A stretch of DNA of 64,000 nucleotides from contig CAWEYG010000001.1 of the NCBI GenBank assembly GCA_963813155.1, positions 288,001 to 352,000 on the forward strand, given 5' to 3'. This stretch comes from an uncultured Acidobacteriota bacterium. GTDB taxonomy: Bacteria > Acidobacteriota > Thermoanaerobaculia > UBA5066 > DATFVB01. The notes under the pieces are model-generated. The model saw nothing but the letters and a program-made list of their open reading frames with translations, was not told where the DNA came from and did no database searches. The position numbers and the translations under genes were made by a program. How positions within the stretch are numbered: position 1 is the stretch's first letter; every line of letters begins with the position of its first letter. Below, one piece after another: positions 48,821 to 59,788 of the stretch.

Positions 48821-51107
48821 AAGCCCCCGCGCGGTTCTCCGGAGAGTGGACCGTGCAGGCCTGGGTCGGGGCGCTCCCGAGGAGAAAGACCTCGGTCATC
48901 GTCTGCGGGCAGTACGGCGTGACGAGCATTCCCGTCTCGGGGTCGATCTGGGCCGTCACGATGTCCGCCGGCGGGGGAAAGCTCTCTTCGAGAAGATTCG
49001 CCGGAACGCCCTTGATGAATTCCGTGAAGATCGGAACGGCGGCCTGCGAGCCGGACAGGTTGAGGCCCCGATTGTCGTCGAATCCCACCCACACCGCCGC
49101 GAGGATCTTCGGGGAGAAGCCGATGAACCAGGCGTCGCGGCCGTCGTTGGTCGTGCCCGTCTTGCCGGCCAGAACGCCCTGGACGCCGCGCGAGCGCACT
49201 CCCCCGCCCGTGCCGCGGTTGACGACTCCCTGCATCAGGGAATCAACGAGAAAGACGGCGTCGGGGGGCAGCACGCGCTTGAGCGGCGTCTCCCGGCGCT
49301 CGAGGACCTTCCCCGCCGCGTCGGTGACCCCGACGATCGCGCTCGGCTCGACGCGGACTCCCCCGTCGGCGAGCGCGCAATAGGCCGACGCGATCTCCAT
49401 CGGCGACGTCTCGAAGGAACCGAGCGCGAGCGAAGGGTAGCCGCGCAGCGGCGAGGAGATCCCCGCGGACCGCGCCGCGGCCACGACCGTGTCGAGCCCC
49501 GCCTGAACGGCGACCCGCACGGTCGGAACGTTGACCGACATTTCGAGCGCGCGCCGAACGGAGATCGGGCCGCGGTACTGGTTGTCGTCGTTGTGCGGAG
49601 TCCACCGCTCGTTGTCGCCTCCGGCGCCCCACACCAGAGTGATCGGCGAGTCGATCAACATCGTCGCCGGACTGATGGGCGGCTGCAGATCGCGCCGGGA
49701 GAACGCCGCGAGGTAGACGAAGGGCTTGAACAGCGAGCCCGGCTGCCGGTGCGCCTGGGTCACGCGGTTGAACTGGGAGAGCGAGTAGTCGCGGCCGCCG
49801 ACGAGGGCGCGCACCGCGCCGGTTCCCGGGTCGATCACGATCAGCGCGCCCTGAAGGGGATTGATCCGCGAGGCATTCCGCAGCCGGCGGTAGTTTTTCT
49901 CGAGATTTCCCAGCCCCTCCGTGACGGCCTTCTGCGCGTGCCTCTGCAGGTCCACGTCGAGGGTCGTGAAGATCTGGAGACCCTCGGTCCCCAGTTTTTC
50001 CCCGTACTTCTCCTGGAGCTGGTTCTCGACGAAGTTGACGAAATGCGGGGCCTGGATGCGGACGGGCGGCCCGGCGGAAGGCGTCAGCGGTTCCGCGAGC
50101 GCCGCGTCGAACTGCGCCACGTCGATCTGTCCGGCCGTCGCCATCATCCGAAGGAGCGAGTCCCGCCGGGAGCGGCACCTCTCCGGATTCCGGAACGGGT
50201 TGAACCGGCCGGGCGACGCGATCATGCCCGCGAGCGTCGCGGATTCGGCGACATCGAGATCGGAAACGTTCTTGCCGAAATAGAAACGCGAGGCCTCTCC
50301 GACTCCCGTGATCGAGATCGCGCCCCGCTGCCCGAGATAGATCTCGTTCAGGTAAGCCTCGAGAATCTCGTCCTTCGAGTACGACGCGTCGAGGACGACC
50401 GCCATCAATCCCTCGATCGCCTTCCGCTTGAACGTCCGCTTCGGCGAAAGGTAGAGGTTCTTGACGAGCTGCTGGGTGAGCGTCGATCCTCCCTGCGCCG
50501 CCGAGCCGTGTCGCAGGTCCGCCATGAACGCCCCTGCGATCCGGCGGACCGAGATTCCCCCGTGGCGGTAGAAATCCCGATCCTCGCGGGTCAGGATCGC
50601 CTCGACGAGCCATTTCGAAACCTCGGAGAGGCGAACAAGGCTCCGGTCCTCGAGCTTCTTGTCGAACACGGACCCGAGCAGCTCCGGCTCGATCACGATC
50701 GACGAGAGTTGCTGGCCGTTGGAGGTCTCGAGCGAACGAACCTTTCCGCCGGAAAACGCGATCTTCACGGGAAATCCTTCGAAGGTTCTCCCCACGTCGA
50801 CGAAGGAACGCAGCCAGACGTCCAGACCGTCCCGAACGACCCGAAACTGGCCCGGGCGCGCCGGCGCGTCCTCGGTCTGCGCGTAGTACAGCCGGCGAAG
50901 CTTTTCGGCGAGCTCGTCCGGAGTGGAAGACACTCCTTCCGAAACCGTTTTCACGTCGGAATAGATGCGGGACGGGAGGTTCCACCGCCGGCCGTTGAAC
51001 CTCGACGTGACGACGCTCGTCAGGTAGGCGAACGAGAGTGTGCAGGCCGCGAACCCCACGGCACCCGCCAGCAGAATCGCGGTGCGATAGCGCCGAAAGA
51101 ATTCCAT
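48792..51107 (-). CDS. mrcB: Class A penicillin-binding protein PBP1B
   Basis: TM anchor, UB2H-like insert, transglycosylase motifs EDRDFYRH and GSTLTQQLVKN, transpeptidase motifs SLFK, SVN, KTG. Confidence 0.88.
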   Translation of the reverse strand: MEFFRRYRTAILLAGAVGFAACTLSFAYLTSVVTSRFNGRRWNLPSRIYSDVKTVSEGVSSTPDELAEKLRRLYYAQTEDAPARPGQFRVVRDGLDVWLRSFVDVGRTFEGFPVKIAFSGGKVRSLETSNGQQLSSIVIEPELLGSVFDKKLEDRSLVRLSEVSKWLVEAILTREDRDFYRHGGISVRRIAGAFMADLRHGSAAQGGSTLTQQLVKNLYLSPKRTFKRKAIEGLMAVVLDASYSKDEILEAYLNEIYLGQRGAISITGVGEASRFYFGKNVSDLDVAESATLAGMIASPGRFNPFRNPERCRSRRDSLLRMMATAGQIDVAQFDAALAEPLTPSAGPPVRIQAPHFVNFVENQLQEKYGEKLGTEGLQIFTTLDVDLQRHAQKAVTEGLGNLEKNYRRLRNASRINPLQGALIVIDPGTGAVRALVGGRDYSLSQFNRVTQAHRQPGSLFKPFVYLAAFSRRDLQPPISPATMLIDSPITLVWGAGGDNERWTPHNDDNQYRGPISVRRALEMSVNVPTVRVAVQAGLDTVVAAARSAGISSPLRGYPSLALGSFETSPMEIASAYCALADGGVRVEPSAIVGVTDAAGKVLERRETPLKRVLPPDAVFLVDSLMQGVVNRGTGGGVRSRGVQGVLAGKTGTTNDGRDAWFIGFSPKILAAVWVGFDDNRGLNLSGSQAAVPIFTEFIKGVPANLLEESFPPPADIVTAQIDPETGMLVTPYCPQTMTEVFLLGSAPTQACTVHSPENRAGASTSEAPPGP

Positions 51108-51163
51108 TCGGCAAGGATAACAAATCGGACTCCTTCCCAATTGCGGTTAGACTCCCCATTCGC

Positions 51164-52510
51164 ATGGCACGCCGCGCCCGGTCGAAATCGCCGAAGCAGA
51201 GGGGAACGGCCGCGGTCCCCGAGAGTTCGCCCCGCCCGGGCGCAGCCGCAGCCGTTCTCTCCGGCGGGGCCGCGATCGCCGTCCTGGCGTCGTGGCTCGC
51301 GATCGATCCGCGCTCGATCGACGCCTTCGACGCCCCAAAGTTTCTTCTGGCCCAGGCCGGCCTCGCGGCCGCGGCCGGCGCCGCGCTCTGGGTCCGGCTC
51401 CGCCGCCCCGATCCGTTTCGAGTCGGCAAGGGCCGGAAGTCACGCGCCATCCTCGTCCTTTTCGGCGCCGGCCTGCTCGGCGCGATTCTCTCCGCTCTCG
51501 CCTCGCGGCACGCGGCCCGTTCTCTGGACGCCCTGAGGTCGGCGGCGCTCTTTCTCCTCGCCCTCGCGGTCGGAGCGAGCCTCGCCTCCTCGAAGCGATT
51601 TCCGAGAGTCACCGCCCTGTTCGCCGCCGGCGCCACCGTCAACGCCGTGCTCGTGATCCTGGCCGCGCGGGACATCTATTCACCGCTCGTTGTCATCGAG
51701 CAGACGAAGCGAACGGGTCTCGGCGCTCTTCTCGGAAACGCCGGACACCTCGGAATCAGCCTCGCGATCGCTGCGGCGGCGCTGCTGCCGCCGGCGATCT
51801 CCGGACGATTCCGGTGGCCGGCTCGGGCCGCGCTCGCGGCAGTCGTGGCCGGAATTTTCGCGACTCAGACGTTTTCGGGTCTCGCGGCGCTTGCCGGCGG
51901 GGCCGCCGTCTATCTCGTGCTTCGCTTTCGCCGGCGGGCCGCCGTGCCGATTTTCGCCGTCGTGATGCTGATGCTGGCGGTCGTCCTGGAATCGCGCCAG
52001 CTCCGGTTTCGGCTTGTCCTCGCCGGGTTCAGCCTTCACCGAGGCAACTGGAACGCGGCTCTGTCCGCTCGCGCGGCCCCGTGGCTGGCGGCGACCGAGA
52101 TGATCCGCGACCGACCCGGGCTCGGAATCGGGCCGGGCAACTTCGCCGGCGAATTCATTTCGCACCGCGTTTCGGCGGAGGCGCGCTACCACCAGCGGCT
52201 CGTCGTGAACGGAATGGCGACGAACTCCTTCTCCGAGGCTCACAGCGATTATCTGGAAATCGTCGCAGCGATCGGTGCGCCCGCCGGACTCTGCCTCATC
52301 GCGGCTTTTGCCCTTCTTCTCGCGGGGACGATCTCCCTCGGCCGCGGCGACCCCGGGGCGGCGGCGGAAAGCTCGGGCCTCGTGGCCGGGGCGATCGCGG
52401 CGGCGACCTGGTTTCCGTTTCAAATCGCCGCGTCGGGCGTGTGGCTCCTGCTCCTTGCGGGAGCCGCGTTCCGGCGTCTCCAGGCGGCGGAATCGGGAGG
52501 CGAAGGGTGA
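51164..52510 (+). CDS. O-antigen ligase / O-oligosaccharyltransferase (Wzy_C) family protein
   Basis: Many TM segments, LGN, W....MI..RP.LGIG.GNF, AHSDYLE. Confidence 0.75.
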   Translation: MARRARSKSPKQRGTAAVPESSPRPGAAAAVLSGGAAIAVLASWLAIDPRSIDAFDAPKFLLAQAGLAAAAGAALWVRLRRPDPFRVGKGRKSRAILVLFGAGLLGAILSALASRHAARSLDALRSAALFLLALAVGASLASSKRFPRVTALFAAGATVNAVLVILAARDIYSPLVVIEQTKRTGLGALLGNAGHLGISLAIAAAALLPPAISGRFRWPARAALAAVVAGIFATQTFSGLAALAGGAAVYLVLRFRRRAAVPIFAVVMLMLAVVLESRQLRFRLVLAGFSLHRGNWNAALSARAAPWLAATEMIRDRPGLGIGPGNFAGEFISHRVSAEARYHQRLVVNGMATNSFSEAHSDYLEIVAAIGAPAGLCLIAAFALLLAGTISLGRGDPGAAAESSGLVAGAIAAATWFPFQIAASGVWLLLLAGAAFRRLQAAESGGEG

Positions 52511-53067
52511 GCCGGAAGACGGCTGCGGTTCTTGTGCTTCTCTACGTCGCCGCGGCCGCGGGGGCCCTCTCGCCCGAGCTCGCGAGGTACCGAGCGAAGA
52601 TCGAGCTCGGCCGCTGCGAAAACGCGCTGCTCATTTCGACCCAGCTCGATCCGGAGCAGCAGCGACGGCTGCTTCCCGCCGTGCGCGACGCTCTCCACTC
52701 GGTCGCCGGCCGGCTGCCCAACGACGTCCGGCCCGCGTACCTCCTCGGCACGAGCGCGCTGCTGCTCGGGGAACCGGGAGAAGCGATCGAGCAGCTTCGG
52801 TGGGCGCTCGCGATCGAGGAGCGCCCGGAAACAGACCTCAACCTGAGCCGGGCCCACGCCGCGGCCGGGGACGCGGACGCCGCCGCCCAGGACGCGCTGC
52901 GCGCGATCTGGCTCTCTCCTTCTCTCCACCGCAACCTCCCTCCGTCGGACGAGAGCGCGACCCTCGAGCGGATCAAGGATCTCCAGCGCGATCTCGCAGC
53001 GGGGTCAGCCGAAGCGATTCCGCCCCTCGCCCCGTCAGATGCCGCGGCGGGTCAGGACCACCGGTAG
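52507..53067 (+). CDS. Membrane-anchored TPR-like hypothetical protein
   Basis: N-terminal TM; AYLLG..ALLLGE..EA and DLNLSRAHAAAGD TPR-like helices; GTGA overlap. Confidence 0.55.
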   Translation: MSRKTAAVLVLLYVAAAAGALSPELARYRAKIELGRCENALLISTQLDPEQQRRLLPAVRDALHSVAGRLPNDVRPAYLLGTSALLLGEPGEAIEQLRWALAIEERPETDLNLSRAHAAAGDADAAAQDALRAIWLSPSLHRNLPPSDESATLERIKDLQRDLAAGSAEAIPPLAPSDAAAGQDHR

Positions 53068-54414
53068 CGTCCGGGCGAGGATGACGAGGTCGAGCCCGAG
53101 CGACCAGCTGTTGATGTACCCGAGGTCGTATCGCAGCTTGATCCGGGCGGGCGTCTCGTACTCGCCGGAAACCTGGGCAAGCCCCGTGAGGCCCGGCCGC
53201 ACGGCGAAGCGCAGCGCATAGCCGGGAATCTCGCGCTCGAACAGTCCGACGAATTCGGGCCGTTCCGGCCTCGGGCCGACGAGGCTCATCTCCCCGCCGA
53301 GCACGTTGAAAAGCTGGGGAATCTCGTCGATCCGCGAACCGCGGAGCCAGCGACCGACCCGGGTGACGCGCGGATCGTTTCTCGCGGCGAGCACCGCCCC
53401 GGTCTCGTCCTCGGCCCCGGCCTGCATCGTGCGCAGCTTCCGAAGCCGAAACACGACGCCGCCGCGGCCGACCCTCGGCTGGGTGTAGAAGACCGGCGCA
53501 CCCGACGTCAGGCGAATCAACAACAACGAGAGAAGAAGCAGGGGTGAGGTCGCGACCAGGATCGCGCCGGCCGTTGCCACGTCGAAGCCGCGCTTGGCCC
53601 AGGCGGCCGCCCCCTGCGGCGCGGCCGTCCGCACTTCCAGGAGGGGCAACTCGCCGAGAGGTCGGAAGCGGAGCCGTCCGATCAGCGTCTCGTACGGGGA
53701 AGGCAGAGACCACAGGGAGGATCTCCCGGTCAGCGCCAGATGCTCGATCGCCTGGTCGCGAAACAGTTTCTCCGTCGCGGCGAACAGGACGTGATCGCTT
53801 TCCGTCTCCGCGATGACGCGATCGAGATCGGCCTGGTCCCGGAGGGAAAAGATCCCCGGCTCCGCGGGCAGGCCGGGCGGCGAGGCGATGCCCGACACGT
53901 CGATCCCGGACTGGGGAAAGCGGCCGATCGCGTGCGCGAGCATCCTCCCCTCTTCGGGCGTCCCGACGATCAGCGCCCGGCCGCGGGCGCCGGCCGTCGC
54001 CACGCGCCGCACGAGAGTGCGGTGGATCGCCAGCAGGAGCCCGTCGATGCCGAGGTAGAGGACGAGCACGCTGCGGGGAAGGCGGAGCCGGTCGTCGAAG
54101 AACACGATCGTCGAGAAAATCATCACCTCGACGAAAAGAGCCGCGGTCAGGCGCCGGGCGAGACTCGCCGCAATTCGACCCCGCCACGTCGAGAATCCCA
54201 GGAGCGACATCGAGAACACCTGCACCGCCGCGGCGAGAATGGCGAACGCCGCGGTGATCCGAAAATTCTGCGGCGGCAGGAGGGAAACGGTGAACGGCAG
54301 CGAGAACGAGAGGCGGATTTCGCGCGCCAGCCAGATCGCGGCGATCGCCGCGATCGCGTCGCCCGCGACCGCCCACCAGCGAATCCCGAGTCGATCGATT
54401 GTGCGGCTTTGCAT
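53035..54414 (-). CDS. Undecaprenyl-phosphate glycosylphosphotransferase (WcaJ/WbaP-like)
   Basis: KRGFD, KLRTM, DPRVTRVGRWLR, IDEIPQLFNVLGGEMSLVGPRPE, PGLTGLAQV. Confidence 0.92.
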   Translation of the reverse strand: MQSRTIDRLGIRWWAVAGDAIAAIAAIWLAREIRLSFSLPFTVSLLPPQNFRITAAFAILAAAVQVFSMSLLGFSTWRGRIAASLARRLTAALFVEVMIFSTIVFFDDRLRLPRSVLVLYLGIDGLLLAIHRTLVRRVATAGARGRALIVGTPEEGRMLAHAIGRFPQSGIDVSGIASPPGLPAEPGIFSLRDQADLDRVIAETESDHVLFAATEKLFRDQAIEHLALTGRSSLWSLPSPYETLIGRLRFRPLGELPLLEVRTAAPQGAAAWAKRGFDVATAGAILVATSPLLLLSLLLIRLTSGAPVFYTQPRVGRGGVVFRLRKLRTMQAGAEDETGAVLAARNDPRVTRVGRWLRGSRIDEIPQLFNVLGGEMSLVGPRPERPEFVGLFEREIPGYALRFAVRPGLTGLAQVSGEYETPARIKLRYDLGYINSWSLGLDLVILARTLPVVLTRRGI

Positions 54415-54490
54415 TGGCGCCGCCCATTATTCACGAATGGCGCGCGCCGTCCACTTTCCGGCCGGATGTCCCGCGGTTCGACCCGGGCCC

Positions 54491-55606
54491 TCAGTGTTTT
54501 TCGGGCATCTCTGGCATCGCGAAGATCGCGTCGTCGACCGGAATGTTCTGACGAACCTCGCTGAAGGTCTGAGTTTCGCGAAAATTCGGCCCGACTCGGA
54601 CGAGAGTGAACGGGAACATTTCTTCTCCGGCCCGGCGATAGTCCCGGTAATCCGTTTGATCCGGAATCGGACCGAGAGGCGTACCGATGATCGTCTTCCG
54701 GCGAACCAGAAGGCCGGTCTCGGCGTCGAAATCGAGGGTTTCCCGGTAGCCGTCCTTCGCAACGCCCGCGAGAGAGTAAGCCTTGCGACCTCCGATGATC
54801 TCGCTTCCGGTGACCGCGACTGTCGCGAACTGGTTTTTCAGATCGAGCGGAAATGAAAACACCGCTTTTCGGCGGACCTGAACCAACTCGTCCTCCCCCA
54901 TCGGTCCCCCTTCGTCGGTGCCGCGATCCCATCCGATTTTCCCGTCGTAGCCGCGGCGAAGGGTCTCGCCGTTCGCGAAGGTCGACGTCACGAGCCATGA
55001 ATTCGGCGCTTTCTGTCGCACCTCGAACGCAACTTTTTCGTCTTGATCGCCCGCGACGCCCCGAAACTGCCGCGTCGTGATCCGGGAGAGCGCCTCACGG
55101 CCTCCCGCGGCCGCGAGATATTTCTCGAACACGGCCTCCACCGTCGGGAGCGCGGCGGCGGGGTCCGAGGCCGCGGGCGGCGCGAAATCTTCCGCGCGCA
55201 GAGGAGGCGCATCGGACGGCTTGATCTGACCCTGGTGACAGGTCGCGCAGGTGACGCGTTGCTTCCCGCCGAAATTCGACGCGTTGATTGCCCGAACCAT
55301 CGCAATCATCTCGCGAGCCCGCCGCTTGGCCGGCTTGTCGTCTTTCTGCATCGGCCACCGGCCTTTCTCGGTCGTCACGTGGCAATGCTCGCACCGCGTT
55401 CCGAGCGCCGCCGTCATGAAGTTCATCGCGCTCATCAGCTGCGTCGAAGGCAGCGTCTGAAAGACCTTGATGTTCTTGAAATACTTTTCCGACGGAACGT
55501 CGTCCGCCGGCTTCTTCCGGGGCTCCGCCGCGCGAAGCGCGCCGGAGATCATCGTGAACATCAACCCGATCCGCGCCGCCGAACCCGGAATCGATTTCAG
55601 CTTCAT
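54491..55606 (-). CDS. Periplasmic di-haem c-type cytochrome (PufC-related N-domain) with a beta-rich C-terminal domain
   Basis: Signal peptide, FKNIKV, M..ALG.RCEHCH, AREMI.MV..IN, VTCATCHQG (two CxxCH); SD GAGGAG. Confidence 0.8.
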   Translation of the reverse strand: MKLKSIPGSAARIGLMFTMISGALRAAEPRKKPADDVPSEKYFKNIKVFQTLPSTQLMSAMNFMTAALGTRCEHCHVTTEKGRWPMQKDDKPAKRRAREMIAMVRAINASNFGGKQRVTCATCHQGQIKPSDAPPLRAEDFAPPAASDPAAALPTVEAVFEKYLAAAGGREALSRITTRQFRGVAGDQDEKVAFEVRQKAPNSWLVTSTFANGETLRRGYDGKIGWDRGTDEGGPMGEDELVQVRRKAVFSFPLDLKNQFATVAVTGSEIIGGRKAYSLAGVAKDGYRETLDFDAETGLLVRRKTIIGTPLGPIPDQTDYRDYRRAGEEMFPFTLVRVGPNFRETQTFSEVRQNIPVDDAIFAMPEMPEKH

Positions 55607-55666
55607 TTCGAGCTCCTCTTCGAACGCGATGAGACACCCGTTTCCGGGCGCGGCCAATGCTTTCGG

Positions 55667-55696
55667 GACGAATCGCCGCCGGGGAGTGACGAACCG
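55667..55696 (-). promoter_or_regulatory. Putative LytTR-binding direct repeats
   Basis: CGGTTCGTC and CGATTCGTC on the minus strand with a 21-bp period, between the LytTR gene and the cytochrome gene. Confidence 0.6.
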
Positions 55697-55718
55697 CGCC
55701 GCCGGCGTGATCGCCCGC

Positions 55719-56489
55719 TCAGCGAACGCCGGTCAGCTTTCTCTCGAGCGCGAGGCGATGGCCGCGGCTCACGGTGATTCGGGAACCGTCCCGGAGAACC
55801 GCCGCGTATTCACCGCGAAACATCGGCTCCAATTCCCGGATTCGCTCGATGTTGACGATGGCGCATCGGTGGACGCGGGCGAATTTCTCGGGATCGAGCC
55901 GGCTCTCCACGCTCGCCATCGTCTCGCGGATCAGGTGTGACGCCGCTCCGACATGAAGGCGCACGTAATTCCCGGCGGCTTCGATCCAATCGATCTCTTC
56001 GGAACGGACGAAGACGACTCGTCCCGAGGCTTTCACGAGGAACCGCCGCGCATTCCTGCGGGCGGGTTGGGCGTCCTCGAGCCAGCCGAAGAGCCGGGAA
56101 AGGTGGTCGGCGGCTCCCCGGCGCACCGCTTCCTTGGCGCGCCTCAAGGTCTCCTCGAAACGCGCCCGATGAAACGGTTTGAGGAGATAGTCGAGGGCGT
56201 GAATCTCGAACGCCTTGACGGCGTATCGATCGTAGGCGGTGACGAAGATGACGACCGGCAGCCGGGGCATCCGGAGCGACTCGAGGACGGAGAATCCGTC
56301 GAGCCCGGGCATTCGAATGTCGAGGAACAGGAGGTCGGGCTCCGCTCTTTCGATCGCCTTCACGGCCGCTCGCCCGTCGGAGGCTTCCGCGACGACCTCG
56401 ATGTCCGCGTCGCGACCGAGAAGATTTCGAAGGCGCTCGCGGGCGAGCGGTTCGTCGTCGACGATCACCGCTCGAATTCTCGCCTTCAT
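55719..56489 (-). CDS. LytTR family response regulator
   Basis: IVDDEPLAR, LFLDIRMP, TAY, DYLLKP; LytTR motifs IDWIEAAGNYV and RVHRCAIVN. Confidence 0.93.
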   Translation of the reverse strand: MKARIRAVIVDDEPLARERLRNLLGRDADIEVVAEASDGRAAVKAIERAEPDLLFLDIRMPGLDGFSVLESLRMPRLPVVIFVTAYDRYAVKAFEIHALDYLLKPFHRARFEETLRRAKEAVRRGAADHLSRLFGWLEDAQPARRNARRFLVKASGRVVFVRSEEIDWIEAAGNYVRLHVGAASHLIRETMASVESRLDPEKFARVHRCAIVNIERIRELEPMFRGEYAAVLRDGSRITVSRGHRLALERKLTGVR

Positions 56490-57569
56490 CCGGCCACGCG
56501 CATCGGGATCGCCACGGCGACGGAAAACACTCCATCGGTGCCGACGCCGTACTCGAAACGAGTGGTCCCCGGGGTAGAGCTCTTCGAGCCGCGCCCGCGT
56601 CGACCGGAAGCCGATCCCCTCCCGAATGTCTCCATTTCCCGGAATCGCCGGATCCTCGCCGCCGTCTCGAACGCCGAGGCAAAGGCGGCCGTCCTGACGC
56701 CCCGATCGGATCTCGATCCAGCCCGGAGTCTGGCGGCGCGAGATGCCGTGCTTGACCGCGTTCTCGACGAGCGGTTGGAGGATCAGGCTCGGCACCAGGG
56801 CGTCGAGCGTCTCCGGCTCGATGGACAGGTTCACGGTCAGCCGGTCGGCGAACCGGGTGCGCTCGATCGAGAGATAGCGTTCGACGAGCTCGAGCTCGCG
56901 CCGTACCGTGACTTCCCCCTGGTCGACGTCCTCGAGCGCAAGGCGCAGGAGATCGCTCAGGTCGGCGATCATCCGATCGGCGGCCTCGGGATCCTTGACG
57001 ACGAGGGCCGAGATCGCGTGCAGCGTGTTGAACAGAAAGTGGGGCTGCAGCTGTGCGCGCAGGGCGTGAAGCCTCGCCTTCGCGAGCTCCGATTCGAGCC
57101 GGGAGGCGTGGAGCTGGCTGACGCGATAGCGGCGGCCGAAATCGACGGCTTGCGTCCCGAACAGGACCGCAAAATAAACGATGACGCCCACCATGAAATA
57201 GAAGGAAAAGACGTTTTCGGAAAAGGACGTGAAAAAGTGGCACGGGCGATCCTTCCGCTCGAACACGCACCCCTGCAGAATGTAGAGAGCCTGGTGGAGA
57301 GCGGAGATCAGCCCGGCGGCGGGAACGTGAACCACCGCGGCGCGAACCGCATGGGCCCGGTCGATCGGAACGCGGCGTGCCAGGGCCGCAATCGCGGGCA
57401 CGAGAAGCGCCCAGAGGTACCAGAACGGAAACGCCGACGCGAGGATCTGCGACCAGACGATCTCCCGCTTCGACTGCGAGTAGATGACGTAGAGCTGCGC
57501 CGCGAAGAGGAGCCCCAGCAACGTGGCGATGCCCAGGATCAGGAAGATGCCCGCCCATCGCCGCTTCAT
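56486..57569 (-). CDS. LytS/YehU-type sensor histidine kinase, with a 1-nt insertion at ~56557
   Basis: TM sensor, AQLQPHFLFNTL, LQPLVENAVKHG, GIG. Removing one T gives ..HSFEYGVGTDGVFSVAVAIPMRVAG-stop, overlapping the regulator ATG. Confidence 0.85.
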
Positions 57570-57614
57570 CGAGGGCGGTTATACACCCGGCGTGTTTCCT
57601 TCGATCCGAAGAAC

Positions 57615-57642
57615 AAAAAAAGCCCCGGCTTTCGCCGGGGCT
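57615..57642 (-). terminator. Rho-independent terminator after groEL
   Basis: AGCCCCGGC-GAAA-GCCGGGGCT followed by a U-run on the minus strand. Confidence 0.88.
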
Positions 57643-57695
57643 GAGTCTTCAACCGGTGGAAGGTTCGGAAACCCGCCAGTCGGGTTTCCGAGTTA

Positions 57696-59652
<1,957 letters not shown>

Positions 59653-59704
59653 ACCCTGTCTCCTTTCGATTGTGACGGATTGAGAATCTCGGTGTTCGTG
59701 ACTG

Positions 59705-59731
59705 TTAGCACTCAATCTTTTCGAGTGCTAA
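59705..59731. promoter_or_regulatory. CIRCE element (HrcA operator)
   Basis: Perfect TTAGCACTC-N9-GAGTGCTAA upstream of groES; TTGACA (59754-59759, minus strand) lies 17 nt before a -10-like CACGAT. Confidence 0.95.
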
Positions 59732-59788
59732 TCGTGCCAGAGGCCGGGCGGAGTGTCAATAGCCTCTATACCAATTAGATTCAATAGG

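Noticed and set aside
54491-55606. Evidence of phototrophy from the PufC-like cytochrome
   Set aside because: Only two CxxCH motifs and no puf, psc or bch genes in the window.
55719-57569. 616-aa histidine kinase-LytTR fusion protein
   Set aside because: One extra T at ~56557 explains it. The corrected kinase has a normal C-terminus ending in an ATGA overlap with the regulator start.
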